In this document: positions 15,243-24,000 of the stretch, one piece after another
How positions within the stretch are numbered: the first letter of the stretch is position 1
How the letters are laid out: each line of letters opens with the position of its first letter
DNA from: an uncultured Gammaproteobacteria bacterium
GTDB taxonomy: Bacteria > Pseudomonadota > Gammaproteobacteria > Methylococcales > Methylomonadaceae
Assembly: GCA_963804035.1 (NCBI GenBank)
Contig: CAWDOO010000012.1
Span: 303,477-327,476, forward strand
DNA: 24,000 bases
Direction of reading: 5' to 3'
Position numbers and translations under genes: made by a program
The notes under the pieces: model-generated
Databases searched by the model: none
The model's input: the letters and a program-made list of their open reading frames with translations, nothing else
What the model was told of the DNA's origin: nothing

Positions 15243-18183
15243 TTATAGAGCAAGCTGTTCTTGATAACGCTCAAACAAAAACGCGACGCGGGCGGCATCG
15301 TCTTTGCTGCTTTTGTAGTTGTAAGCGGCATCGACGGCCTTATCGAGTTGGCTGTGGGCTTTGCGTAAGGCTTCGGGCATGTTGTTGGGAGCGTATAGTT
15401 GGGCTAAGGAACAGCGTTGATCTTGTTCGGCACAGCGGGTTTCTTCGGCGGTGCGAGCATCCAGTATGGCTTGGGCGGCGGTTTCGATTTTTTGTTGCTG
15501 CTCGGGTTTGACGGTTTGCGGGAAGGGGAAATTGTTGTAGACGATGGTGTTGGAGTAGCTGTAATCGCTTTTTAATCGTCCGCAAACAGTTCGCATCCAG
15601 GCGTTGTGCATGTGGCTGGTTAGAATGCCAAAATGAAATAAGGTGGCGTTCGGTATAAAAATAACTTATCGCCGCAAATGACCTTGGCATCCAGATAGCC
15701 AATCGGTACGTAAAATCGGTTTTCAGACGATACTTTGGGAATGGCGAGATATTTGGATGCAGACATACGAATTTCCCCAAACAAATAAGGTGTTTCAGCC
15801 AGTTTTTGCGTGGCTGCTTTGGTGCTGGCTAAACGCATTTGTTTTACGTGTTCAATCCGTTTTTTAATTTCAGGAGATTTAACGCGGTCGCTTGATGTAC
15901 TGTCTTTCAGCCACAAACAATACCGAGGTATGTTGTTTATAAATTCATCACCCATCAAAAAGGGACGGATATATTTGGCGGCAATCGGGTCATTTTGCCG
16001 AATGCTATCTGCTTCGGATTGCGATAAAAGTAAATTACCGCCTTCGGTCGGTTTACCTCCATTCAACATTTCTGGCGTGCCTACATTTAATGGCTTACTA
16101 CGCTTATTAATCAGTACGGTTGGCGCATCGACCAGATACGGATTGATCTGTTTGGCGGGGATTTCTGTCGGTATGCCTTTGATATTGTCGCCGTAGTAGT
16201 GGGTTAAACCTGTGTTTTTGATGAACTTGTTGGCTTCATACCCGCGAGTCGCGTGTATTTTGGAGTGACAAACCTAGGTTTGTCACTCCGCCCACTAACG
16301 TCGCCGTAATCAAACAATCGGCAGGGTGTAAGGAAGAAAGATTTTTCACCCTTGTCGCAGAAAAATCCCATGATGACGCAATGCACGGCGGCAATACCTT
16401 TGCCTTCGTTACTCCATTGGAAGGTGCGGTGGGCAAAATGCAGTTTGATGTTGAGCTTCAAGAGTTCTGCCCACAATAAGGCAACTTGACCACCTTGGGT
16501 AAGACTGTTGGTGGACACAAACGCCACCGGAATAGCCGTATTAGCTTGGATATAACGCGCCGCCTTAACATGCCACGAGGCAACCAAATCCAATACGCCA
16601 GAGCCTTCCATACCTTTAAACACGTCGGCACAATCTGCTTTTTGCTCTTTGGTTTGATAGGTGCTGCCCACAAACGGCGGATTACCCATGATGTAACTGC
16701 ATTGCTCCGGTGCTATTACGTCTGCCCAGTCAATCCTTAAGGCATTGGCGCAAACGATGTTGGCTTTTTTCTTGAGCGGAAGGCGGTGGTAATACAAGCC
16801 GAGGCTTTTTACTTTCAAATTCATTTGATGGTCGGTCAACCACAACGCCAAGGTTGCTATTTGCGCGGCGCTTGGGTCGATCTCTATGCCGTGGAACTGG
16901 TGGACGTTGCAACGGATCAAGGTTTCCACATCCAGTTGGGCGGTCAGGTTATTACCCCATATTTTCTGGATGACCTCCAATTCCAGCAAGCGCAGCTCTC
17001 GGTAAGCAATCACCAAAAAATTGCCGCAGCCGCAGGCTGGGTCAAAAAAGTTAAGGCTGGCGAGCCGGTCGTGAAACGCATTCAGCTTTTGTTTGTTGTT
17101 GCCGCATTTGCCCAATTCCTTACGTAAGTCGTCCATAAACAGCGGGTTGATGACTTTCAGGATGTTTTCTTCGCTGGTGTAATGTGCGCCCAGTTCGCGG
17201 CGTTTTTTGGTCTTGGCGGTGGCTGCTTCATCATCAAAGTGCATGATCGCCTGAAATAACGAGCCGAAAATGGCGGGGCTGATCTCGCTCCAATCCAGGC
17301 GTGAGCATTCGATCAGCGTGTTCCGTGCGGTTTCGTCGAATTCGCAATGGCCAAGGCCGCCATCAAATAATGCCCCGTTGACGTACGGAAAACGGGCGCG
17401 GTGTTCCGGCAAATTTGCCAAGCGTTTCTGCCCCTTATAATCGGGGTGCGCCCGTAAATAGCTTTCATCCGGTCGATTGAGCGTATCAAACAGCGCGGCC
17501 AATTCGCCATGCAGGTCGGAGCCGTCTTTTTCGGTATGGTTAATCAGGTAATCGAGGAATACGCCGTTCTCATTAAATAAGCCCGTGTCTTCGGCAAACA
17601 GGCAGAACAGCAAACGCACCAGATAAGTTTCCAAATCTTTGCCGGTGTAGCCGGTGGCTTTCAGCGCATCGTGCAGTTGCGCTATTTTCTCGGCGGCTTC
17701 TTTGTTGATGTGGGCTTGTTGTTCAAGGGCGATGGTTTCATAGCCCGCGATAAACTTAAAGTTTTCGATGTGATCCGGCAGATCGGTCAATTTGATCCTA
17801 AGCGGCGGCGCTTTGGTTTCCAGGTTATGCAAATGCAGGTTGGCAAAGTCGCTGACTAAGACGCAGCGGGGTATTTCCTCGTCTTTCAGGCCAGGAAAAT
17901 AGCCAGTGGCCTGGATATAAGCCTTATCAAGGTCTTCGCCTATCGATTTCATTTCAACCAAAAGCAGTCCGGGAAAAAAGCCGTCTATCCGCCCGCTTTT
18001 ACCACCCAATTTCTTTACCCGGTCTTCAAACCGGACTGCGCGGCGGTGGTTTAACTCAAAAATATGGCATAAGCCGCGAATAAAATCCTGCGCCTCTCCC
18101 ATCTCGTAAGTCGATTTTGAGAATTCTTTGGCAAACGCAGCGGCGCGTTGGCGAAGGGTGTTGACATCAAGGGTTACGGTCAT
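15243..18183 (-). pseudogene. MmeI-family Type IIL (IIG) bifunctional restriction endonuclease / N6-adenine DNA methyltransferase, disrupted
   Basis: Three consecutive ORFs (16204-18183, 15620-16069, 15243-15611) are collinear with one MmeI-like protein. The motifs are the N-terminal nuclease D...EMK (DGFFPGLLLVEMKS), YLVRLLFCLFAEDTG, SPAIFGSLFQ, MTase motif I FFDPACGCGNFL and motif IV GNPPFVG. The C-terminal region reads GGKPTEGGNLLL...YCLWL...SSENRFYVPIGY...MHNAWMRTVCGRLKSDYSYS...LDKAVD. The breaks are a 113-bp insertion at 16196-16308 and a 1-nt frame change near 15660. Confidence 0.85.
16196..16299. mobile_element. 104-bp MITE inserted in the RM gene, with a 9-bp target-site duplication
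   Basis: The direct repeat GTCGCCGTA occurs at 16187-16195 and 16300-16308. Imperfect terminal inverted repeats are GTAGTGGG (left) and GTTAGTGGG (right, reverse complement). There is an internal 28-bp perfect palindrome, ggagtgacaaacctaggtttgtcactcc (16262-16289). Deleting 113 bp restores the frame to ...LFDYGDNIKGIPTEIPAKQINPYL..., matching the MmeI-family linker length. Confidence 0.8.
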
Positions 18184-18241
18184 ATAGAAGTGCTATAATA
18201 CAGTAATGGTTAATCCTAACAATCTAGGGGATCTCTAAATA

Positions 18242-18409
18242 TCCCCTCTCCCTTTGGGAGAGGGCTAGGGTGAGGGGTGTAACTGGCTGATTTTAATGCC
18301 CTCATCCCAACCTTCTCGGCAATAGCTCCTGCATTGCCAAGCCACATGGACGTGGTGAATGTGGAAAATGCAGGAGCATTTTTCCACCTACTACCTACAT
18401 CCATGTAGG
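18242..18409 (-). repeat. Copy B of the structured intergenic repeat, inverted relative to copy A
   Basis: The reverse complement reads catggatgtaggtagtaggtggaaaaatgctcctgca...cacattcaccacgtccatgtggcttggcaatgcagga...ttgccgagaaggttgggatgag... It ends in the hairpin ccctctccc-aaa-gggagaggg (18243-18264 on the + strand). Confidence 0.8.
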
Positions 18410-18557
18410 TATCCCAAAGGGAGAAGGGTTTTTGAGTTTTTAAAGATTCCCTCTAGGTTAATACAGGGTAATAATAGTTGTTCTACACCTTTTTTGCCGA
18501 TATGGCTTATCTTTTACATGGTTACATCTTGCTTCTTCTCGCATCGGATAAGGGCTT

Positions 18558-19391
18558 ATGACCGAAAAATACGATCTTCATTGCCATTCTAATGTTTCTG
18601 ACGGTGTGCTGTCGCCAACCGAATTGGTGCGTCGGGCGCATGGACAAGGCGTGACTGCATTGGCCTTAACAGATCACGATACGACGGCGGGCCTTGATGA
18701 GGCGAAAACGGCTGCAACTGAAGCTGGCGTTAAGCTGATTGCGGGGATAGAGCTGTCTGCAAGCTGGAAGGATAAGACTTTTCATATTGTGGGTTTAGGT
18801 ATCAATCCTGATTATCCACCGCTGTTTGAAGCGACCCGCCAGCTACAATTGGTTCGCTTTGAACGTGCTGAACAAATTGCCGCCAAGTTGGAAAAAAAAC
18901 GCATTCCTGGCGCTTTGGAAGCAGTAACTAAGGCCGCAGGGGACAGCATGATTACCCGTACACATTTTGCCGATTTTCTGGTGTCGCACTTTCATGTGTC
19001 TAGCCAACAGGATGCTTTTGACCGTTATCTCGCCAAGGGCAAACCCGCTTATGTGGCGACGGCTTGGGCAGAAATGGAGTTGGCGGTTAGCTGGATTACC
19101 CAATCGGGCGGCGTAGCGGTTATGGCACATCCATTGCGCTACCGATTGACCGCGAGTTGGATGAAACGTCTGCTGACTGCATTCAAACAGGCCGGGGGGC
19201 AGGGCATAGAGGTGGTGACTGGCCGGTGCAATGCCGATGAAATCAAAATGGTGGCTAAATACGCGAATGATTTTGAATTGGTGGGTTCTGTCGGTTCCGA
19301 TTTTCACAGTCCGGCAAACCAATGGGTCGAATTAGGTAGGCTTGCGCCGTTGCCTGCAAATGTTAAGCCGGTGTGGGAGTTGTTTGGCTAG
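18558..19391 (+). CDS. trpH: PHP-domain phosphoesterase (TrpH/YciV family; 3',5'-bisphosphate nucleotidase / RNase AM type)
   Basis: It reads YDLHCHSNVSDGVLSPTELVRRAHGQGVTALALTDHDTTAGL and later MAHP and GSDFHSP metal-binding motifs. It is 277 aa long. Confidence 0.8.
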   Translation: MTEKYDLHCHSNVSDGVLSPTELVRRAHGQGVTALALTDHDTTAGLDEAKTAATEAGVKLIAGIELSASWKDKTFHIVGLGINPDYPPLFEATRQLQLVRFERAEQIAAKLEKKRIPGALEAVTKAAGDSMITRTHFADFLVSHFHVSSQQDAFDRYLAKGKPAYVATAWAEMELAVSWITQSGGVAVMAHPLRYRLTASWMKRLLTAFKQAGGQGIEVVTGRCNADEIKMVAKYANDFELVGSVGSDFHSPANQWVELGRLAPLPANVKPVWELFG

Positions 19392-19474
19392 AAAGCCAGT
19401 TTCATTTAGCCGCTATTCATAATCACTATGTTACGCTATTGCAAGTATCAACAATGGGGATGGGGACGTAATCA

Positions 19475-20113
19475 ATGGGTGCACTCGATCAAATAACGGC
19501 AACTTTGGCGTTAACTATGGGCTTGGCTTGGGCTAGTGGCATTAACCTGTACGCTACTTTGCTGACCTTGGGTTTTCTTGCTAACAGCGGCAATATCGAT
19601 TTGCCAACGGATTTGCAGATTGTGGCAAACCCGTTGGTTATGGGCGCTGCGGGCATCATGTATTTTGTTGAATTCTTTGTTGATAAAACGCCAGGTGCAG
19701 ATTCCGGCTGGGATGCCATCCACACGTTTATCCGCATTCCCGCTGGGGCAATGCTGGCTGCTGGTGCGGTGGGAGATCTGAATCCTGCTGTCGAAATTGC
19801 CGCTGCTTTATTGGGTGGTAGTCTTGCGGCGGGAACACATGCCACCAAAGCCGGTTCACGCCTTATGATTAATACCTCACCTGAACCCGTTAGCAATTGG
19901 GTTGCATCAATTGGGGAAGATGTTGCCGTTGTTACGGGCGTTTGGGCGAGCATCAACCATCCGGTTTCATTCTTGATCGCACTCGTGTTGTTCGTGATAT
20001 TGATGATCTGGCTTTTGCCCAAAATTTGGGTGAGTGTAAAAAAAGTTTTTCGTTTTATTCTGAGTTGGTTTAGAAAAGAAGACAGTCCACCGGATTTTAA
20101 TCTACCGCAGTAA
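19475..20113 (+). CDS. Multi-pass inner-membrane protein, DUF4126-like
   Basis: It has several hydrophobic helices. Recalled family-like segments are GLAWASGINLYATLLTLGFLA and FVDKTPGADSGWD. The family assignment is from memory only. Confidence 0.5.
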   Translation: MGALDQITATLALTMGLAWASGINLYATLLTLGFLANSGNIDLPTDLQIVANPLVMGAAGIMYFVEFFVDKTPGADSGWDAIHTFIRIPAGAMLAAGAVGDLNPAVEIAAALLGGSLAAGTHATKAGSRLMINTSPEPVSNWVASIGEDVAVVTGVWASINHPVSFLIALVLFVILMIWLLPKIWVSVKKVFRFILSWFRKEDSPPDFNLPQ

Positions 20114-20124
20114 CGAATTCCCTA

Positions 20125-20153
20125 TTGACTGTAAGGGCGTAATCGCGTCTAAT
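20125..20153 (+). promoter_or_regulatory. Putative sigma70 promoter for the tRNA-Phe pair
   Basis: TTGACT (20125-20130), a 17-nt spacer, then TCTAAT (20148-20153). A GC-rich discriminator, ggcgc, follows. The mature tRNA 5' end is 19 nt further on. Confidence 0.5.
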
Positions 20154-20172
20154 GGCGCTCTTTTGTATGACC

Positions 20173-20248
<76 letters not shown>

Positions 20249-20295
20249 TTCAATTCGGCTTGAATCAGTTAAGCCAGCGCAACACCATCTCAAAT

Positions 20296-20371
<76 letters not shown>

Positions 20372-20586
20372 TCTTTATCCCCGTTTCTTAAAGCATTGTA
20401 CTTTTTCACCTGTAGTCTTTTTTGGATTATTTCGTTAGGAAAAATGCAAAAATGCCCCGCAAAGTGATTAACGTAAAGTATCATTCTTACCATACAGCGA
20501 TAATTCCGATTGGCGATTTCACGTAAATGGCGACATGGGTATAGCTAAGTAATAATATTTATAGAAAATTGTTTGGGGATTGCAGT

Positions 20587-20847
20587 ATGAAAATTATTTA
20601 TTTGATGAGCCTACTATTTTTGGCTGGTTGTACACAAGATCAGCAAAATCAACTTTCCAGGAAAGTAGTTGAAATATTGGATAGCGATTATCTGGTTACC
20701 TATGCCAATGGTACGACGACCAAAACCTGGACGATTAAGAACGGTAAGGTAACATCAAGTGATAAAGGCTATTATTACTTTTGGGACGACAAAAAACATT
20801 ATGTCCAAGTGCCCATTGTGAATACGATTGTCGAAGAAGTTGATTAA
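20587..20847 (+). CDS. Small lipoprotein, hypothetical (86 aa)
   Basis: It has the signal peptide and lipobox MKIIYLMSLLFLAGC. The start was set at ATG 20587 rather than the TTG given in the ORF track. Confidence 0.6.
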   Translation: MKIIYLMSLLFLAGCTQDQQNQLSRKVVEILDSDYLVTYANGTTTKTWTIKNGKVTSSDKGYYYFWDDKKHYVQVPIVNTIVEEVD

Positions 20848-20887
20848 TGGGTCGATTGTAAAACTGCCTGATTCATAAGGGATCTCG

Positions 20888-21496
20888 ATGCCAAGTATAT
20901 ACGCTATAAAACCCGCCTTTCAAAACCTGTTGCGACCTGTAACCAAGAAGCTTGCCAGCTTTGGCGTAACGGCTAATCAAGTTACGTTGGCAGCCTTGGT
21001 ATTATCCTTAATAACAGGGCTTCTATTGATATTCGGGGGTAAACAAACGGGCATTTTTTTGTTAGTGCCAATGGTATTGTTCGTACGTATGGCTCTTAAC
21101 GCCATCGATGGTATGTTAGCTCGTGAACACGACATGAAAAGCCCATTAGGTGCCATTTTAAATGAGTTGTGCGATGTCATCTCAGACGTTGCCTTGTACC
21201 TGCCTTTTGCCCTTTTGCCTGAAATATCTCTGTGGATTATCGTGTTATTGGTGATTGCCGCCATCATTAGCGAAATGACAGGCGTGATTGCCATACAAAT
21301 CGGGGCATCTCGCCGTTACGACGGGCCGATGGGGAAAAGCGACCGGGCTTTTGTCTTTGGTGCGATAGCTCTCGCCTTGGGCTTAGGTATGCCGTCAGGT
21401 TACTGGTTAAACGAGTTGTTCGGGCTGGTTTTAATATTGACGTTAGCGACGGTTGTTAACCGTGCCCGTCACGCCCTCGACGAAATCAAGCCATGA
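20888..21496 (+). CDS. CDP-alcohol phosphatidyltransferase family membrane protein (YnbA-like)
   Basis: The motif region DGMLAREHDMKSPLGAILNELCDVISD is a variant of the DG(x2)AR...G...D(x3)D motif. It is 202 aa long and polytopic. Confidence 0.75.
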   Translation: MPSIYAIKPAFQNLLRPVTKKLASFGVTANQVTLAALVLSLITGLLLIFGGKQTGIFLLVPMVLFVRMALNAIDGMLAREHDMKSPLGAILNELCDVISDVALYLPFALLPEISLWIIVLLVIAAIISEMTGVIAIQIGASRRYDGPMGKSDRAFVFGAIALALGLGMPSGYWLNELFGLVLILTLATVVNRARHALDEIKP

Positions 21497-22434
21497 ACTG
21501 GCGCACTTTTCCAACCAGTGTGCAGATTGCCTTTCTGGTAATGGGCGGCTTGTTAGTCATCGCCAGTCTGGTTTCGATTAGCTTAGTCAAGTCTCGTCCT
21601 GATCGTGACTATCGGGAGCTACGCCTACGCATCAAAACCTGGTGGTGGATAGTTGCCGTTTTTGCGCTTGCTGTACTGTTCAATAAGACGGTTTCGGTCG
21701 TTGTTTTCGGTTTTATCAGTTTCCTGGCGTTTAAAGAATACTTATCGCTAATTCCCACCCGCCGTGCCGATCATCGGGTGTTATTTTGGGCTTATCTTGC
21801 GATTCCTGTTCAGTATTATTGGGTATGGATGGCCTGGTATGGCACGTTTATCATTTTTATCCCAGTCTATATGCTGCTGTTACTACCGATGCGGATGGTA
21901 CTGATCGGTGAAACGCAAGGTTTTCTCCGTGCTATCGGCACCTTGCATTGGGGTCTGATGATTACCGTGTTCAGTTTGAGCCACATGGCCTATCTGTTGG
22001 TCTTGCCGGAAGCGAATAATCCCGCCGGTGGTGTGGTTGGCTTACTGATTTACTTGGTATTTTTAACCGAGATTAATGATGTTAGTCAGTACATATGGGG
22101 TAAAAGCTTTGGCAAACGCAAGATCATCCCCAAAGTCAGTCCGGGTAAAACAGTCGCCGGTTTTTTGGGTGGAGTGACTACGACGACGATTCTTGCCGCT
22201 GTCGTTGCACCTTATCTAACGCCATTAACATTATATGAAGCGATAGGTGCAGGGGCATTAATCGGAGTTGCTGGGTTCATCGGTGATGTGACGATTTCTG
22301 CACTCAAGCGGGATTTAGGCGTAAAAGACAGCGGTAGTATTCTACCGGGGCACGGCGGCATTCTTGACCGATTAGATAGCTTAACCTATACCGCGCCGCT
22401 GTTATTTCATTACGTCTATTTTCTGCATTATTAA
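21493..22434 (+). CDS. Phosphatidate cytidylyltransferase family protein (CdsA paralogue, YnbB-like)
   Basis: It carries the CdsA signature SALKRDLGVKDSGSILPGHGGILDRLDS and SPGKTVAGFLGG. An ATGA overlap joins it to the upstream gene. Confidence 0.85.
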   Translation: MNWRTFPTSVQIAFLVMGGLLVIASLVSISLVKSRPDRDYRELRLRIKTWWWIVAVFALAVLFNKTVSVVVFGFISFLAFKEYLSLIPTRRADHRVLFWAYLAIPVQYYWVWMAWYGTFIIFIPVYMLLLLPMRMVLIGETQGFLRAIGTLHWGLMITVFSLSHMAYLLVLPEANNPAGGVVGLLIYLVFLTEINDVSQYIWGKSFGKRKIIPKVSPGKTVAGFLGGVTTTTILAAVVAPYLTPLTLYEAIGAGALIGVAGFIGDVTISALKRDLGVKDSGSILPGHGGILDRLDSLTYTAPLLFHYVYFLHY

Positions 22435-22438
22435 TGCC

Positions 22439-23076
22439 ATGTTGCGACATTTGTTTTACTTGATTATAGTCAAGCCACTTGTGCTGTTCATTTTGGGGAT
22501 AAATGCCAGAAACCGTGAGTTTTTACCGGTGCAAGGCTCGCCATTATCGTTGCCAATCATAATAGTCATTTGGATGCCTTGGCATTGATGTCCCTGTTTC
22601 CGTTAAAAGTAATTCCTTACGTCCAGCCCGTGGCGGCGGCCGATTATTTTCTCAAAAATCGCTGGCTCAAATGGTTTGCCTTGGATGTGATCGGCATTAT
22701 ACCTATCGAACGAAAAGTCACGGCTGGGCAGGATGTTCTAGCACCTGTGATTGAGGCGCTTGACCGAAAGGCGATTTTAATTCTTTTTCCGGAAGGTTCG
22801 CGTGGTGAACCTGAAAACATGGGCAAGCTGAAAAATGGCATCGGCCATATTCTTAGCGAACGCCCGGAAATTCCGGTTATTCCGGTATTTTTTTATGGTT
22901 TAGGGAAAAGTTTGCCAAAAGGCGAGGTCATTTTAATACCATTTTTTATCGACGCGTTTATTGGCGAACCGCTCATGTGGTTAGGCAACCGAAAGGTTTT
23001 CATGGCTGAGTTATCAGAAAAAATGACTAGCCTTCAAGCGAAAGCCATCAGGCTTACTACTGATAAATACGATTGA
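22439..23076 (+). pseudogene. Lysophospholipid (PlsC-type) acyltransferase with an apparent 1-nt frameshift
   Basis: From ATG 22439 the product reads MLRHLFYLIIVKPLVLFILGINARNREFLPVQGS, then changes frame near 22540-22543. The other frame continues (I)IVANHNSHLDALALMSLFP...FPEGSRG. The HX4D catalytic motif (HNSHLD) lies just after the shift, and the first frame stops at 22586-22588. Confidence 0.7.
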
Positions 23077-23176
23077 GACTATAGGTTTCACCAGCGTTAA
23101 TATTCCGGCATCCCTTTCGGCTTTAGTTTAAAATTGCCGTCTTTATGAGTCCGAATTTACCTGTTTTTATCGAATA

Positions 23177-24000
23177 ATGAACACACCTTCAAACGAGGCT
23201 TTGTCGTCTTTAACTACCCTGCGGGACTATATTCGTTGGGGTGCAAGCCGGTTTGCTGAAGCTAAACTCAATTTTGGTCATGGTACCGTAACCGCGCTAG
23301 ATGAAGCCGCTGCGCTGGTGCTGCACACCTTACATCTACCTTATAACTTAAGCGAATTTTACTTGCAGTCTGCTTTAACGCCAGAAGAAAGGCACGCGAT
23401 TGTTACTATTTTCGAAAAACGCATCAATGAACGAAAGCCCGCCGCTTACCTAACGCAAGAAGCTATTTTTGCTGGCTTGTCTTTCTATGTGGATGAACGG
23501 GTGTTAGTGCCTAGATCACCCATTGCGGAACTCATTGAACAGCGATTTGCTCCTTGGGTGGAAGAAGATCAGGTCGGACGAATTTTGGACTTATGCACTG
23601 GCAGTGGATGTATAGCTATTGCCTGTGCTTATGCATTTCGGGAAGCGGTGGTGGATGCAGTGGACTTATCGGCTGACGCATTGGCTGTTGCCGAAATCAA
23701 TGTCGATAAACATCAAATCGGCAATGAAGTTATGTTGTATCAGTCTGATTTGTTCGATGCTTTGCCCGATGCCCAATACGATATTATCGTCAGCAACCCG
23801 CCATATGTGGCGATTGCGGAATGGCAGCAACTTACCCGAGAATTTCATGCCGAACCGGAAATAGGTTTTGTCGCCGGAGATTCTGGCCTTGATATTGTCA
23901 TCCGCATCTTGGCGAAAGCCGATAATTACTTAACGCCGCAAGGGATATTGGTCGTGGAAGTCGGCAGCAGTGCCGAAACCCTACAAGAAACTTTTCCGAA
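23177..24000 (+). CDS. prmB: Ribosomal protein uL3 glutamine N5-methyltransferase PrmB (3' end outside the window)
   Basis: The frame is open from ATG 23177 to the window end. It is absent from the ORF track because there is no stop in the window. It has SAM motif I LDLCTGSGCIAIA, the NPPY motif (IVSNPPYV) and the PrmB-type N-terminus TLRDYIRWGASRFAEA. Confidence 0.85.
   Translation, partial: MNTPSNEALSSLTTLRDYIRWGASRFAEAKLNFGHGTVTALDEAAALVLHTLHLPYNLSEFYLQSALTPEERHAIVTIFEKRINERKPAAYLTQEAIFAGLSFYVDERVLVPRSPIAELIEQRFAPWVEEDQVGRILDLCTGSGCIAIACAYAFREAVVDAVDLSADALAVAEINVDKHQIGNEVMLYQSDLFDALPDAQYDIIVSNPPYVAIAEWQQLTREFHAEPEIGFVAGDSGLDIVIRILAKADNYLTPQGILVVEVGSSAETLQETFP

Noticed and set aside
15230-16196. 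ORFs 15230-15511(+), 15340-15780(-) and 15810-16196(+) as independent genes.
   Set aside because: They are off-frame or antisense shadows within the MmeI-like pseudogene. The collinear homology lies in the three listed minus-strand frames.

Overview
The backbone is ordinary chromosomal DNA with Gammaproteobacteria-like gene content; the organism cannot be named from this window. It encodes a 5'-partial GAF/GGDEF diguanylate cyclase, a 2OG-Fe(II) oxygenase, a fructosamine kinase and an overlapping nagZ / purine PRTase / MTAP-family phosphorylase operon. It also encodes an S11 D-Ala-D-Ala carboxypeptidase, a secreted GH17, a trpH-like PHP phosphoesterase, a DUF4126-like membrane protein and two tandem tRNA-Phe(GAA). 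The right end holds a ynbA/ynbB-like lipid cluster with a frameshifted acyltransferase and a 3'-partial prmB. Two accessory patches stand out. (1) 1117-6216 is a three-layer nest of mobile DNA. An IS3-family element (about 1.25 kb of its own sequence) is split in orfA by an intact IS110-family element and in orfB by an intact group II intron, and is flanked by an atypical 77-bp direct repeat. The IS110 5' non-coding region contains a 10-nt perfect antisense match to its own left target flank, which fits a bridge/guide RNA. The insertion point coincides with the inferred A6G frameshift site of the IS3. (2) About 14.2-18.4 kb is a repeat-dense zone holding a decaying MmeI-family (Type IIL) restriction-modification gene. 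That gene is broken by a 104-bp MITE with a 9-bp target duplication and by a 1-nt frameshift, and it is bracketed by inverted copies of a structured 170-220 bp repeat. No CRISPR array, rRNA or prophage is visible. All calls rest on motif recognition and manual translation; no database search was possible.
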